64,000 nucleotides of DNA from Spartobacteria bacterium. GTDB lineage: Bacteria > Verrucomicrobiota > Verrucomicrobiia > Chthoniobacterales > UBA6821. The position numbers and the translations under genes were made by a program. Below the pieces are notes generated by a model. It worked only from the letters and a program-made list of their open reading frames with translations. It made no database searches and was not told the DNA's origin. The stretch lies in NCBI GenBank assembly GCA_947487385.1, contig CANKWU010000004.1, positions 26,061-90,060 on the forward strand. The letters are read 5' to 3'. Positions 1 to 8,641 of this stretch are shown here, in pieces. The first letter of the stretch is position 1; each line of letters starts with the position of its first letter.

Positions 1-133
1 CACAGAGGTAATTGGTCCTCACGGGAGAGGAAATCTCAGCGTACGCGCCGATGGCTCAGTCAGTCCGATTCAGGATCAGTAATGAGGAATTGTGTGTGGA
101 GTCATTCATGCCTTGCCATACCCTGAAGGATAA

Positions 134-298
134 ATATGGAACTCAGAATACCGAGCCGCAGGAGAGGCTGGGATAGACTTCTAAAGGTTGCCCAAAGGGA
201 AAGACGAGCGGGAACGAGCTAATCAAAAGAAAGTAGATTGTTTCTTGAGTTAGCTTGCCTGGCCGTTACTTTGCATCCGTTGAATCTGAGTTCCACAT
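134..298. repeat. TTCC-octamer inverted-repeat element, copy A (no ORF inside)
   Basis: Arms ATATGGAACTCAGA (134-147) and TCTGAGTTCCACAT (285-298) are complementary at 13/14 positions with a ~137-nt spacer. The ATGGAACTCAG core matches the elements at 4660-5102 and 34595-34741. The right arm ends 12 nt before ATG 311. Confidence 0.75.
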
Positions 299-310
299 TC
301 ATTGTTCAAT

Positions 311-2167
311 ATGCACCAACCTAAGGGATCACTTACCTTCTTGCTGATTGGGGGAATAATTCTTTTATCCGGACTCTGTTTCGCTGGGGAGCAGAAGAGT
401 CTATCGATCAGGCCTTCCTTTGCCCGCAATGCCTCCGCCACAGTCTCAAGTGGTGACGATGTTAATATTAGTCTGAACGCCATTCCGAGCTTTGGAAATC
501 AGATGATTTTCCAGATCCAAAATCCCCCTCTTCACGGAACACTCTCGGGTCTTCGCACGACAAGCGATCACACGGCTGCTGTGACCTATCGTCACGATGG
601 AAGCAAGGCGCCACTAACAGATGAGTTCACCTTCCGGGCTCAGGGAACGGGTCAGTCGATGTCGGAATCTGCTTATTGTACGATCTCGATTATCCCTCGT
701 CCGGCATTGATCAACTATGATCCACCTTCTCTCGACTTTGGGGCTCTCATGATCTCGACGAAAAAACAGCAGAATGTAACGATTGTTAACCGGGGAGGGG
801 TGACTGCCGAGGGGAGACTTATTCTTCCCCAGGGATTCACGGCACCGCTTGGTGATCGCTACCGTCTGGGTGAGGGAGAGAGCAACACCATTGTTATCGA
901 ATTCGATCCCATGGAGGAGAGAGCATATGACGGGCAGGCCACGACACAACCCTCCTGCGAGAAATCGGCCCTTCAACTCCACGGGTTTGGGATTTCTCGC
1001 TTTGAACTTAAAAATGTAACTCCCACGGAATGGGAGGTTAGGAATCTCTGTGAGGTGCCGATACGGATTTCCTGCACGGGTGGAGAGGGATGGAGTTTGC
1101 CGAGTGAGACGTCTTTGCCCCCGCATGAGTCGAGGCGCCTGATCTTCCAGCAGTCTGATGAAAATGGGGGGACAAAAAACAGCATCGCTTCAAATGCCGT
1201 GGTGCACCTATCCGACGGACTGAGTGATCGGGAGATTTCATTGCCACCTTTAATGCGATTTACTCCCATAGTATTACATGCTGTGACGCCTTCCGATCTT
1301 GGCAGAATTCCCATCGGGGGAACTACGCAGGTATCTTTTAGCCTGATCAATCGCTCTGAATACCCCAAGCATGTGACTTGGCAAATTACTTCACAATCTG
1401 GCGGTGGCGCCGATGAGCCCGAAGTAGTTGATCTGAATGGGGGAGAAAGCCGTGAGATCAGGTATGATTGGAAACCTTCACTGCCCGGAGATGCTGTGAT
1501 CAGATTAACGGTTTCGGAGGGGAAGTCGGTAAAATCGGTAAAATCGATAAGGTCAACGGAGCAGGCACTCGTCTGGAAGGCAACGGTGCTTCCAAGCACG
1601 GGAACGTCAACATCTAGGAGTTCTCATGGGAATCAGGGAGTGATGGAGGGCCAAGAACTGCCGGTTGAGCAGTGCCAAGATCCTACTCTCACGGGTGCCA
1701 AAGTGACTCCTATTCCTCCAGTAAGCGGTGGAAGTTCTGTCGTGCTAACTTCCTGGTTGGGAACTCCCACTCTTCTCTTGCAATGGGATGCAACAGAGGT
1801 GGATCCCTCTTGCTTCAAGGTTGAGGAGAATCAGCTGGAGCTAATGGAACCTATTACCATCCACAATCAGGCTCTGGGAGTTCAGCCTCCTAAAACAAAG
1901 GAAGTAATCATCCCGTATGATGTCTCATTGACCAAAAAGCAGGGGAACCGGCAGGTACTTAAACTCCCAGGACTCTCTCCTGGATGGCATCATCTTGTGC
2001 TATCCCAGTTCCACAAGGATGGGGGGCTGGCTGCACGGTCTCAATTTCAGATCCGAGTACCCGAGAAATCCTCATGGTGGAGCCTATTGAGGATGCCTCT
2101 TGGCATCGTGTTGATAAGCTCCTTATTCCTCCTGTTTCGTGATCTACGAAAAGGTAATCAAGGATAG
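311..2167 (+). CDS. Hypothetical exported/cell-surface protein with N-terminal signal or anchor and C-terminal TM helix
   Basis: ORF 302-2167 starts at TTG 302, with the first ATG at 311. Hydrophobic N-terminus LTFLLIGGIILLSGLCFA. C-terminal GIVLISSLFLLF is followed by basic residues. The body is beta-rich and Ig-like in character, with no catalytic motif recognised. Confidence 0.6.
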   Translation: MHQPKGSLTFLLIGGIILLSGLCFAGEQKSLSIRPSFARNASATVSSGDDVNISLNAIPSFGNQMIFQIQNPPLHGTLSGLRTTSDHTAAVTYRHDGSKAPLTDEFTFRAQGTGQSMSESAYCTISIIPRPALINYDPPSLDFGALMISTKKQQNVTIVNRGGVTAEGRLILPQGFTAPLGDRYRLGEGESNTIVIEFDPMEERAYDGQATTQPSCEKSALQLHGFGISRFELKNVTPTEWEVRNLCEVPIRISCTGGEGWSLPSETSLPPHESRRLIFQQSDENGGTKNSIASNAVVHLSDGLSDREISLPPLMRFTPIVLHAVTPSDLGRIPIGGTTQVSFSLINRSEYPKHVTWQITSQSGGGADEPEVVDLNGGESREIRYDWKPSLPGDAVIRLTVSEGKSVKSVKSIRSTEQALVWKATVLPSTGTSTSRSSHGNQGVMEGQELPVEQCQDPTLTGAKVTPIPPVSGGSSVVLTSWLGTPTLLLQWDATEVDPSCFKVEENQLELMEPITIHNQALGVQPPKTKEVIIPYDVSLTKKQGNRQVLKLPGLSPGWHHLVLSQFHKDGGLAARSQFQIRVPEKSSWWSLLRMPLGIVLISSLFLLFRDLRKGNQG

Positions 2168-2179
2168 ATTAGGTGCCTC

Positions 2180-3469
2180 TTATAATGTTTTGAGGACCCT
2201 GGCAACGCTTGCTAATACTTTCTCAAAGTCCTTGTTAGAATGAGCTGTGGAGAGGAAGCCTGCCTCGAACTGTGAGGGGGCAAAGTAGATTCCTTCCGCC
2301 AGTGCCGTATGGAAGTAGCGGGCGAAGGCGTCAGTATCGCTCCGTTTGGCATCTGCGAGGTTCCGAACTGGCCCTTCGCAGAAGTAGAGGCAGAACATGG
2401 AGCCGATGCGGTGGAAAGTGAGGGGCTTTCCCTTGATGGAGGCCTTCATGGAATCCTCCATCTGTGTACCGAGTGCCTCGAGAAGCTTCCACCCGTTAAT
2501 CCGTTTCATTTCCTTGAGTTGGGCAAGCCCTGCCGCAAGAGCCAGAGGATTGCCGGAGAGGGTGCCAGCCTGATAGACGGGGCCCAGAGGCGCCAGGCAA
2601 TCCATGATGTCTGCGCGACCGCCGAAGGCTCCGACAGGAAGCCCTCCTCCGATGACCTTCCCCATGGTGGTGAGGTCGGGTTTGATCCCGAAGATCTCCT
2701 GAGCTCCTCCTGGAGCAAGCCGGAATCCAGTCATAACCTCGTCAAAGATCAGCAAGGCACCGTATTCGGTACAAAGCTTCCTGAGGGCTTCCAGATAGCC
2801 CGGCTCTGGCAGATAGAGTCCGGCATTAGCAGGAACGGGCTCAAGGATAACGCAGGCGATCTCCTGGCCGGACTCGCGAAAAACGGCTTTCAGGGCTTCA
2901 AGATCGTTGAAGGGAACAGTTGTAGTCAGCGCCGCTAGGGAGGCTGGAATTCCGGCACTGTCTGGCTGGCCGAGGGTGAGGGCACCGCTGCCGGCCTTCA
3001 CCAAGAGCGAATCGACATGGCCGTGGTAGCAGCCCTCGAATTTCACAATGCGCTCGCGGCCTGTGGCTCCCCGTGCCAAGCGGATTGCCGACATGACGGC
3101 TTCTGTCCCGGAGTTCGTCATACGGACCTTCTCCACGGAGGGAACCATCCGGCAGATCGTCTCGGCCATCTCGACCTCCAGGGGATTTGGAATGCCGAAG
3201 CTTGTGCCATGCTTTGCCGTCTCGGTGACGGCATCGATCACGACCTGTGGGGCATGCCCAAGGATCGCCGGTCCCCATGTGCCGACGAAGTCGATGTACT
3301 CCCGCCCATCCACATCAGTGATCGTGCATCCTTTGGCTTTATTGACAAAGAAGGGCTCTCCACCCACGCCCTTAAAGGCACGGACTGGGGAATTCACTCC
3401 ACCGGGAATGCTCGCAGTAGCGCGATTCCAAAGATCATGGGAGATGGGGCCGAGGATAAAAGGAGACAT
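2180..3469 (-). CDS. hemL: Glutamate-1-semialdehyde 2,1-aminomutase
   Basis: 429 aa with [10 protein letters not shown] near the N-terminus and a class-III aminotransferase PLP-lysine region ([14 protein letters not shown]). Full-length family architecture. Confidence 0.95.
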   Translation of the reverse strand: MSPFILGPISHDLWNRATASIPGGVNSPVRAFKGVGGEPFFVNKAKGCTITDVDGREYIDFVGTWGPAILGHAPQVVIDAVTETAKHGTSFGIPNPLEVEMAETICRMVPSVEKVRMTNSGTEAVMSAIRLARGATGRERIVKFEGCYHGHVDSLLVKAGSGALTLGQPDSAGIPASLAALTTTVPFNDLEALKAVFRESGQEIACVILEPVPANAGLYLPEPGYLEALRKLCTEYGALLIFDEVMTGFRLAPGGAQEIFGIKPDLTTMGKVIGGGLPVGAFGGRADIMDCLAPLGPVYQAGTLSGNPLALAAGLAQLKEMKRINGWKLLEALGTQMEDSMKASIKGKPLTFHRIGSMFCLYFCEGPVRNLADAKRSDTDAFARYFHTALAEGIYFAPSQFEAGFLSTAHSNKDFEKVLASVARVLKTL

Positions 3470-3479
3470 TAAAAATAAA

Positions 3480-3503
3480 ATAGGAAACTCAGCAAATCAG
3501 GAA
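3480..3503 (-). promoter_or_regulatory. Start-proximal 24-mer (TTCCTGAT TTGCTGAG TTTCCTAT on the minus strand), 10 nt upstream of the hemL ATG
   Basis: Same three-octamer motif as upstream of nadA (4662-4685, minus strand) and ribF (34718-34741, plus strand). The function (promoter, processing site or translation signal) is not established. Confidence 0.5.
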
Positions 3504-3535
3504 TAGAAGGAATGGAGGCAAAGAAGCATTTCTCC

Positions 3536-3684
3536 CGCAGAGGCGCGGAGGCGCAGAGGAGATGGTGTGAGAGCAGATATTTTGGGATTCAGATTTTAGA
3601 ATTCTTCTTTTTTTTAAAGATGGCTTGTTTGGGGGCTTCCTCTGAATTCCATCTTAAAAATCTCTGCGCCTCTGCGCCTCTGCG
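3536..3684. repeat. GC-rich octamer inverted repeat between nadA and hemL
   Basis: CGCAGAGGCGCGGAGGCGCAGAG (3536-3558) and CTCTGCGCCTCTGCGCCTCTGCG (3662-3684) are reverse complements at 22/23 positions. Each arm is about 3 tandem GCGCAGAG-type octamers. The spacer is ~103 nt and contains a T9 run. Confidence 0.8.
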
Positions 3685-3704
3685 CGAGAACTTTCGACAT
3701 TCTG

Positions 3705-4649
3705 CTATCTGCTTAATTCCAGCATTCGGCGAACCGACTTCTCCGCCTTGGCCCGGAGACCCTCCTCGAGCAGGATCTCGGGTTTAAGGTCGCGGAGGCA
3801 GAGATAGAGTTTTTCCAAGGTATTCCTCTTCATGTAGCGGCACTCTGCACAGGCGCAGGTGTCAGTGGGTCCAGGGATGAACACTTTGTCAGGGATTTCC
3901 CGGCGGAGGCGGTGAAGCATTCCCTCCTCGGTGACGATGACAAAGGCGCTTGCTGGGGAACTCTTGCAATAACTCACCATCTTCTCGGTCGAGCAGACTT
4001 CATCGGCCAGCAAGCGCACGACCTGCGGACACTCGGGATGCGCTACCACAAGGGCCTTGGGATGCTCACGCTTCGCCCTTTCGATGCTGTCTCGAGTATA
4101 CTCCATGTGGACGTAGCAGGAGCCTTGCCAGAGATCCATGGGGCGGCCCGTCTGCTCGATGACCCAGGCACCGAGATTCTGATCCGGGACAAAGAGGATA
4201 TTGCGGTCGGAGGGTGTCGCCTTGACGATCTTCATGGCGTTCCCACTGGTGCAGATGACATCGGCGAGGGCTTTTACCCCAGCGCTACAGTTGATGTAGG
4301 CAATAACGAAGTAGTTTTTCTCGGCATGCTCCTTGAGAAATGACTCCAGTTTATCGGCAGGACACGAATCGGAGAGGGAACAGCCGGCCTCCATGTCGGG
4401 AATCACAACAGTCTTACCCGGGCTGAGGATCTTGGCCGTCTCACCCATGAAGTGAACCCCGCAGAAGACAATCACATCGGCATCAGTCTCGGCAGCCCTC
4501 TGACTGAGGCCGAGTGAATCGCCCACGAAATCGGCGACTTTCTGAATCTCCTCGATCTGGTAGTTATGCGCCAGAATGACGGCGTTCCTCTCCCTCTTCA
4601 GGCGGATGATCTCGGTCGCAAGATCGACGGAGCTTTGAGAATCAGACAT
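3705..4649 (-). CDS. nadA: Quinolinate synthase
   Basis: 314 aa with ILAHNYQ, VHFMGETAKIL and the conserved Cys residues of the NadA family. Typical length. Confidence 0.93.
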   Translation of the reverse strand: MSDSQSSVDLATEIIRLKRERNAVILAHNYQIEEIQKVADFVGDSLGLSQRAAETDADVIVFCGVHFMGETAKILSPGKTVVIPDMEAGCSLSDSCPADKLESFLKEHAEKNYFVIAYINCSAGVKALADVICTSGNAMKIVKATPSDRNILFVPDQNLGAWVIEQTGRPMDLWQGSCYVHMEYTRDSIERAKREHPKALVVAHPECPQVVRLLADEVCSTEKMVSYCKSSPASAFVIVTEEGMLHRLRREIPDKVFIPGPTDTCACAECRYMKRNTLEKLYLCLRDLKPEILLEEGLRAKAEKSVRRMLELSR

Positions 4650-4659
4650 AGAGACAATT

Positions 4660-5102
4660 TAATATGGAACTCATGAAATCAGGAAAAGGAGAGAGGAGAT
4701 AAGCGATAGGAATCTATGCCAACCCGTTTGATGGTAAGTGGCATTGAGGAAAAATTGAGAATGATGCCTGAGGTAGCGTTTGAGGCCTTCACATAGGATC
4801 GGACAATGGTGAAGTGGATGGCTTCAACTTCTTTCACGGCTTTCAGTTCCACAACCAGTTGTTCATCGATCAAGAGATCCAGACGATGTTCTCCGACCTT
4901 ATGATTGCGATAAGTAATTTCGACGGCTTTCTGACGCTCGTAGGCAATCCCTAGAAAGTTCAATTCCAGGCAAAGGGCCTCCTCATAGAATGACTCAAGG
5001 AATCCCGGCCCCAGCGATCGATGAACTTCAATAGCGGCTCCGATCACCTGCTCGCTCAGCTCATTGTCCTTCAGACTTCCTGATTTCCTGAGTTCCACAT
5101 TA
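4660..5102. repeat. TTCC-octamer inverted-repeat element, copy B, enclosing the GxxExxY ORF
   Basis: Arms TAATATGGAACTCATGAAATCAGGAA (4660-4685) and TTCCTGATTTCCTGAGTTCCACATTA (5077-5102) are complementary at 24/26 positions. The ORF start and stop codons both lie inside the arms. Confidence 0.85.
4679..5098 (-). CDS. GxxExxY protein (PD-(D/E)XK nuclease-like fold family)
   Basis: 139 codons from a GTG start. Signature GFLESFYEEAL matches G-x-x-E-x-x-Y, followed by the D/E...ELK core (LDLLIDEQLVVELKAV). The N-terminal ELRKSGS is encoded by the repeat arm. Confidence 0.85.
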   Translation of the reverse strand: MELRKSGSLKDNELSEQVIGAAIEVHRSLGPGFLESFYEEALCLELNFLGIAYERQKAVEITYRNHKVGEHRLDLLIDEQLVVELKAVKEVEAIHFTIVRSYVKASNATSGIILNFSSMPLTIKRVGIDSYRLSPLSFS

Positions 5103-5110
5103 TCAATCCT

Positions 5111-7912
5111 CTAATTAGCCTCGTTGATGAGTTGGCGGAGGATGAAGGGAAGGATGCCGCCATGGCGGTAGTAGTCGACCTCGATTGGGGTATCGATGCG
5201 GACCTTGACCGTGACGTCCTGAGTACTGCCATTCTTGCGGGATATGCGCAGAAGAAGTTCCTGACGGGGCTTTAGATCTTCGCCAAGGCCTACGATGTCG
5301 TAGGTCTCGGTGCCATCGAGTTCGAGGGTCTGGGCTGTTGTTCCCTCGTGGAACTGGAGAGGGAGGATGCCCATGCCGACGAGGTTGGAACGGTGGATAC
5401 GCTCGTAGCTGGCGGCAACGACGGCTTTCACCCCGAGGAGGCGCGTTCCCTTGGCGGCCCAATCACGGCTGCTACCAGTGCCGTATTCCTGACCAGCGAT
5501 GATGACGAGAGGGGTCATCTCCGCCTGATACTTGCTGGAGGCGTCGTAGATGCTCATGCGCTCGCCGTCGGGTTGGTGGAGAGTCTCACCACCCTCCACA
5601 CCGGGAAGCATCAGGTTTTTGATGCGCACGTTGGCAAAAGTGCCACGGGTCATGATGCGGTCATTGCCTCGGCGGCTGCCATAGCTGTTGAAGTCATCCT
5701 TGGTGACTCCGTGTTCGCTGAGGAAGCGGCCTGCTGGGGACTTCTCCTTGATGGCTCCAGCCGGGGAGATGTGGTCGGTCGTGACGGAATCACCGAAGAT
5801 GCCCAGCGCACGGGCTCCGGAGATCGGAGTGATCACGCCGGCTTCCATACCGAAGTTTTCGAAGAAGGGGGGCTCCTGGATGTAGGTGCTCTTGGTATCC
5901 CACTCATAGATCTCTCCGGTCGGGGCACTGATCTCGTTCCACTTGGGATTCTGTCCTGCAAAATCGCCGTACAATGTGGCAAACATCTCCGGTGTGAGGG
6001 CGCTGCGCAGTGTGTCGCGAATCTCGGCGAGGCTGGGCCAGATGTCCTTGAGGAAGATCTCTTTGCCTTCCTTGCCCTTGCCGATCGGCTCCTTGGCGAA
6101 GTCTATGTCAACTCTACCTGCCAACGCGAAGGCGACCACAAGGGGAGGGGACATCAGGAAGTTGGCCTTGATATTTTGGTGGATGCGGGCCTCAAAGTTG
6201 CGGTTGCCTGAGAGGACGGCGGCGGCAACAAGATCGTTATCGGTGATCGCCTTTTCTACCTCGGGATTAAGCGGGCCGGAATTACCGATACAGGTGGTGC
6301 AACCGTATCCGACGGTCTGGAACCCAAGTTTGTCGAAGTAGGGCGTGAGACCCGTCTTGTCGAGGTAGGCGGTGACGACACGTGAGCCGGGGGCCAACGA
6401 GGTCTTCACCGTGGGATCCATCTCGAGGCCGAGTTCCACGGCTTTCTTTGCCAGAAGTCCCGCTGCGAGCATGACACTCGGATTGCTGGTATTCGTGCAA
6501 CTGGTGATGGCGGCGATCAGAACGGATCCATTGCGGATGGTGCTCTTGCTGGCGTGCTCGCCATGGTAGGGAGACTCGGGCATCTGGTCGACAGGATCGG
6601 GCGTGGGGCGGTCACTGATCATTTCTTCCTCATCGGCAGGAATGGTCGGATTGCGACGGGCAACCAAGCCCTCCGCGGAGAGAGCTTTCTCGTTTTTACC
6701 ATAGCCACCCTCGGCGACTGGCTTGGTGAGGAGTTCGTGGAAGAGAGGCTTGAGTTGGGGAAGGTCGATGCGGTCTTGGGGACGCTTCGGTCCGGCGACG
6801 CTCGGTACCACCGTTGAGAGGTCGAGATCGAGGTCGACGCTGTAGTCGATCTGGCCCTTGCGGGGCATGCCGAACATACCCTGGGCTTTGAAGTAGTTCT
6901 CAAAGGCGCTGCACTCCGCCTCGGTGCGACCCGTTGCGCGAAGGAATGAGACGGATTCTGAATCAACGGGGAAGATGCCCATCGTGGCGCCGTATTCGGG
7001 TGCCATGTTGGCAATCGTGGCGCGGTCGGGGAGGGGTAGCAATTCGGCACCCTCGCCGTAGAACTCGACGAACTTGCCGACAACCTTTGCAGCGCGGAGC
7101 ATCTGGGTAACACGCAGCGCGAGATCGGTGGCGGTGACTCCTTCGCTGAGCTTTCCAGTCAGGTGGACGCCGACGACCTCGGGTGTGAGGAAATAGACAG
7201 GCTGTCCGAGCATTCCAGCTTCTGCCTCGATGCCACCTACACCCCAGCCGACGACACCAAGACCATTGATCATGGTGGTGTGGGAGTCAGTGCCGACAAG
7301 GCTGTCGGGATAATAAACACCACCGGAATGGAGGACGCCGCGGGCCAGATACTCGAGATTCACCTGGTGGACGATGCCGATACCGGGAGGAACAACACCG
7401 AAGGTCTCAAAAGCTCCTTGGCCCCACTTCAGGAACTCATAGCGCTCGCGGTTTCGCGTGAACTCCATATCGAGATTCAGCTTCATCGCATCGGCCCAGC
7501 CGTAATAGTCGACCTGCACCGAGTGGTCGACGACGAGGTCGACTGGGACAAGGGGCTCGATGATACCTGGCTTCCCTCCGAGGCGGGCCACAGCACTCCG
7601 CATCGCTGCTAGATCTACGAGCAAAGGCACTCCGGTGAAGTCCTGCAGCACGATGCGGGCGACGACAAAGGGAATCTCCTCAGGAGCCGGTGCCTTGGCA
7701 TTCCAGGCAGCCAGGGCCTTCACATCCTTCTCATGGACCTTCTTGTTATCGCAATTACGCAACACCGACTCCAGGACCACTCGGATCGAGAAGGGAAGGC
7801 GAGAGATCTTGCCAAGGCCCTGTTCCTCAAGTGCCGGGAGTGAGTAGAAGGATGAGTTCGTACCGGCGGTTGACTCGAAGCTGCGGAGTGTCTTGAAGAG
7901 GTCGGTGCTCAT
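5111..7912 (-). CDS. acnA: Aconitate hydratase A
   Basis: 933 aa with [18 protein letters not shown] and [10 protein letters not shown] (Fe-S cluster cysteines). AcnA/IRP-type length. Confidence 0.95.
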   Translation of the reverse strand: MSTDLFKTLRSFESTAGTNSSFYSLPALEEQGLGKISRLPFSIRVVLESVLRNCDNKKVHEKDVKALAAWNAKAPAPEEIPFVVARIVLQDFTGVPLLVDLAAMRSAVARLGGKPGIIEPLVPVDLVVDHSVQVDYYGWADAMKLNLDMEFTRNRERYEFLKWGQGAFETFGVVPPGIGIVHQVNLEYLARGVLHSGGVYYPDSLVGTDSHTTMINGLGVVGWGVGGIEAEAGMLGQPVYFLTPEVVGVHLTGKLSEGVTATDLALRVTQMLRAAKVVGKFVEFYGEGAELLPLPDRATIANMAPEYGATMGIFPVDSESVSFLRATGRTEAECSAFENYFKAQGMFGMPRKGQIDYSVDLDLDLSTVVPSVAGPKRPQDRIDLPQLKPLFHELLTKPVAEGGYGKNEKALSAEGLVARRNPTIPADEEEMISDRPTPDPVDQMPESPYHGEHASKSTIRNGSVLIAAITSCTNTSNPSVMLAAGLLAKKAVELGLEMDPTVKTSLAPGSRVVTAYLDKTGLTPYFDKLGFQTVGYGCTTCIGNSGPLNPEVEKAITDNDLVAAAVLSGNRNFEARIHQNIKANFLMSPPLVVAFALAGRVDIDFAKEPIGKGKEGKEIFLKDIWPSLAEIRDTLRSALTPEMFATLYGDFAGQNPKWNEISAPTGEIYEWDTKSTYIQEPPFFENFGMEAGVITPISGARALGIFGDSVTTDHISPAGAIKEKSPAGRFLSEHGVTKDDFNSYGSRRGNDRIMTRGTFANVRIKNLMLPGVEGGETLHQPDGERMSIYDASSKYQAEMTPLVIIAGQEYGTGSSRDWAAKGTRLLGVKAVVAASYERIHRSNLVGMGILPLQFHEGTTAQTLELDGTETYDIVGLGEDLKPRQELLLRISRKNGSTQDVTVKVRIDTPIEVDYYRHGGILPFILRQLINEAN

Positions 7913-7959
7913 TGGTAATCGGATCTAGGGAATGGGTGATGGGTAATGGGTTAGAAGGA

Positions 7960-8013
7960 TGAAATCAGAAACGTGAAAACCTGAACGGCTGAACGGCTGA
8001 ACTGCTGAAAATC
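7960..8013. repeat. Phased TGAA heptamer/octamer run (TGAACGGC x2, TGAACTGC, TGAAAATC, preceded by TGAAATC.. and TGAAAAC)
   Basis: TGAA recurs at 7960, 7974, 7982, 7990, 7998 and 8006. The run lies in the spacer between the peroxiredoxin stop and the acnA start. No complementary partner arm was found. Confidence 0.6.
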
Positions 8014-8504
8014 TATTTAAGTTCTGCAAGCTTTGCTTGGATCTTGGCGAAGTCGGGGAGTTGTTTCGGATCCTCGTGTGACTCGGCGTACTGGATGACT
8101 CCCGAGCGGTCGATGAGGAATGCAGAACGCTTGGGAACCGCTCCCATACCGAGACCGATTTGAGGAAGGAAGCTATCATAGGCGATCCCATAGGCCTTGG
8201 TAACGGCATGCTCGTAATCGCTCAGGAGAGGGATGGTGATGCCCTCCTTCTGCGCCCAAGCCTGCTGGGCAAAAGGATTGTCCCCGCTGATGCCATAGAC
8301 CGTGCAGTCGAGCGAATCATAGGCACTGATTCCCTTGCTGATTTCGCAGAGTTCCGTCGTGCAGACGCCAGTGAAGGCCATGGGCACAAAGAGCAGGAGG
8401 ATATTCTTCTTTCCTATCTCCGCTGAGAGAGTGATTTGCTTGGGCCCCTCCTCACTGGCTGTGGAGAGGGTGAAGTCGGGAGCCTTGGTGCCTGTTGTGA
8501 TCAT
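8013..8504 (-). CDS. Peroxiredoxin (AhpC/TSA family, AhpE-like)
   Basis: 163 aa with GTKAPDFTL and the peroxidatic Cys context FVPMAFTGVCTTE. Confidence 0.9.
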   Translation of the reverse strand: MITTGTKAPDFTLSTASEEGPKQITLSAEIGKKNILLLFVPMAFTGVCTTELCEISKGISAYDSLDCTVYGISGDNPFAQQAWAQKEGITIPLLSDYEHAVTKAYGIAYDSFLPQIGLGMGAVPKRSAFLIDRSGVIQYAESHEDPKQLPDFAKIQAKLAELK

Positions 8505-8641
8505 GGGTTAATATGGTAGGAGTGATGAATGATGAGAGTAGTGATGAAAGCTGAGACCTGAGACGTAAAATTCATGAGACAAAGAAACAGGAGACAATTA
8601 AACAAAATAATCCGGGAGTTGACTTGGGAGAAAGGCTGAAA

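Noticed and set aside
1526-1552. In-frame 9-bp tandem repeat (TCGGTAAAA x2 + TCGATAAGG, giving SVKSVKSIR) in the surface-protein gene
   Set aside because: There are only ~2.7 copies. This is too short to argue for contingency-locus behaviour without population data.
3536-3684. Octamer repeat clusters (also 7982-8013) considered as CRISPR-like arrays
   Set aside because: The units are 8 nt and directly abutting, with no spacers. The arms are inverted rather than direct, and there are no cas genes.
3512-3787. 91-aa ORF spanning the nadA-hemL spacer
   Set aside because: Its sequence (..RRGAEAQRR.., ..LCASAPLRE..) is simply the translation of the GC-rich octamer repeats and the T-run, and it runs antisense into the nadA 3' end. 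It is an artefact of the repeats.
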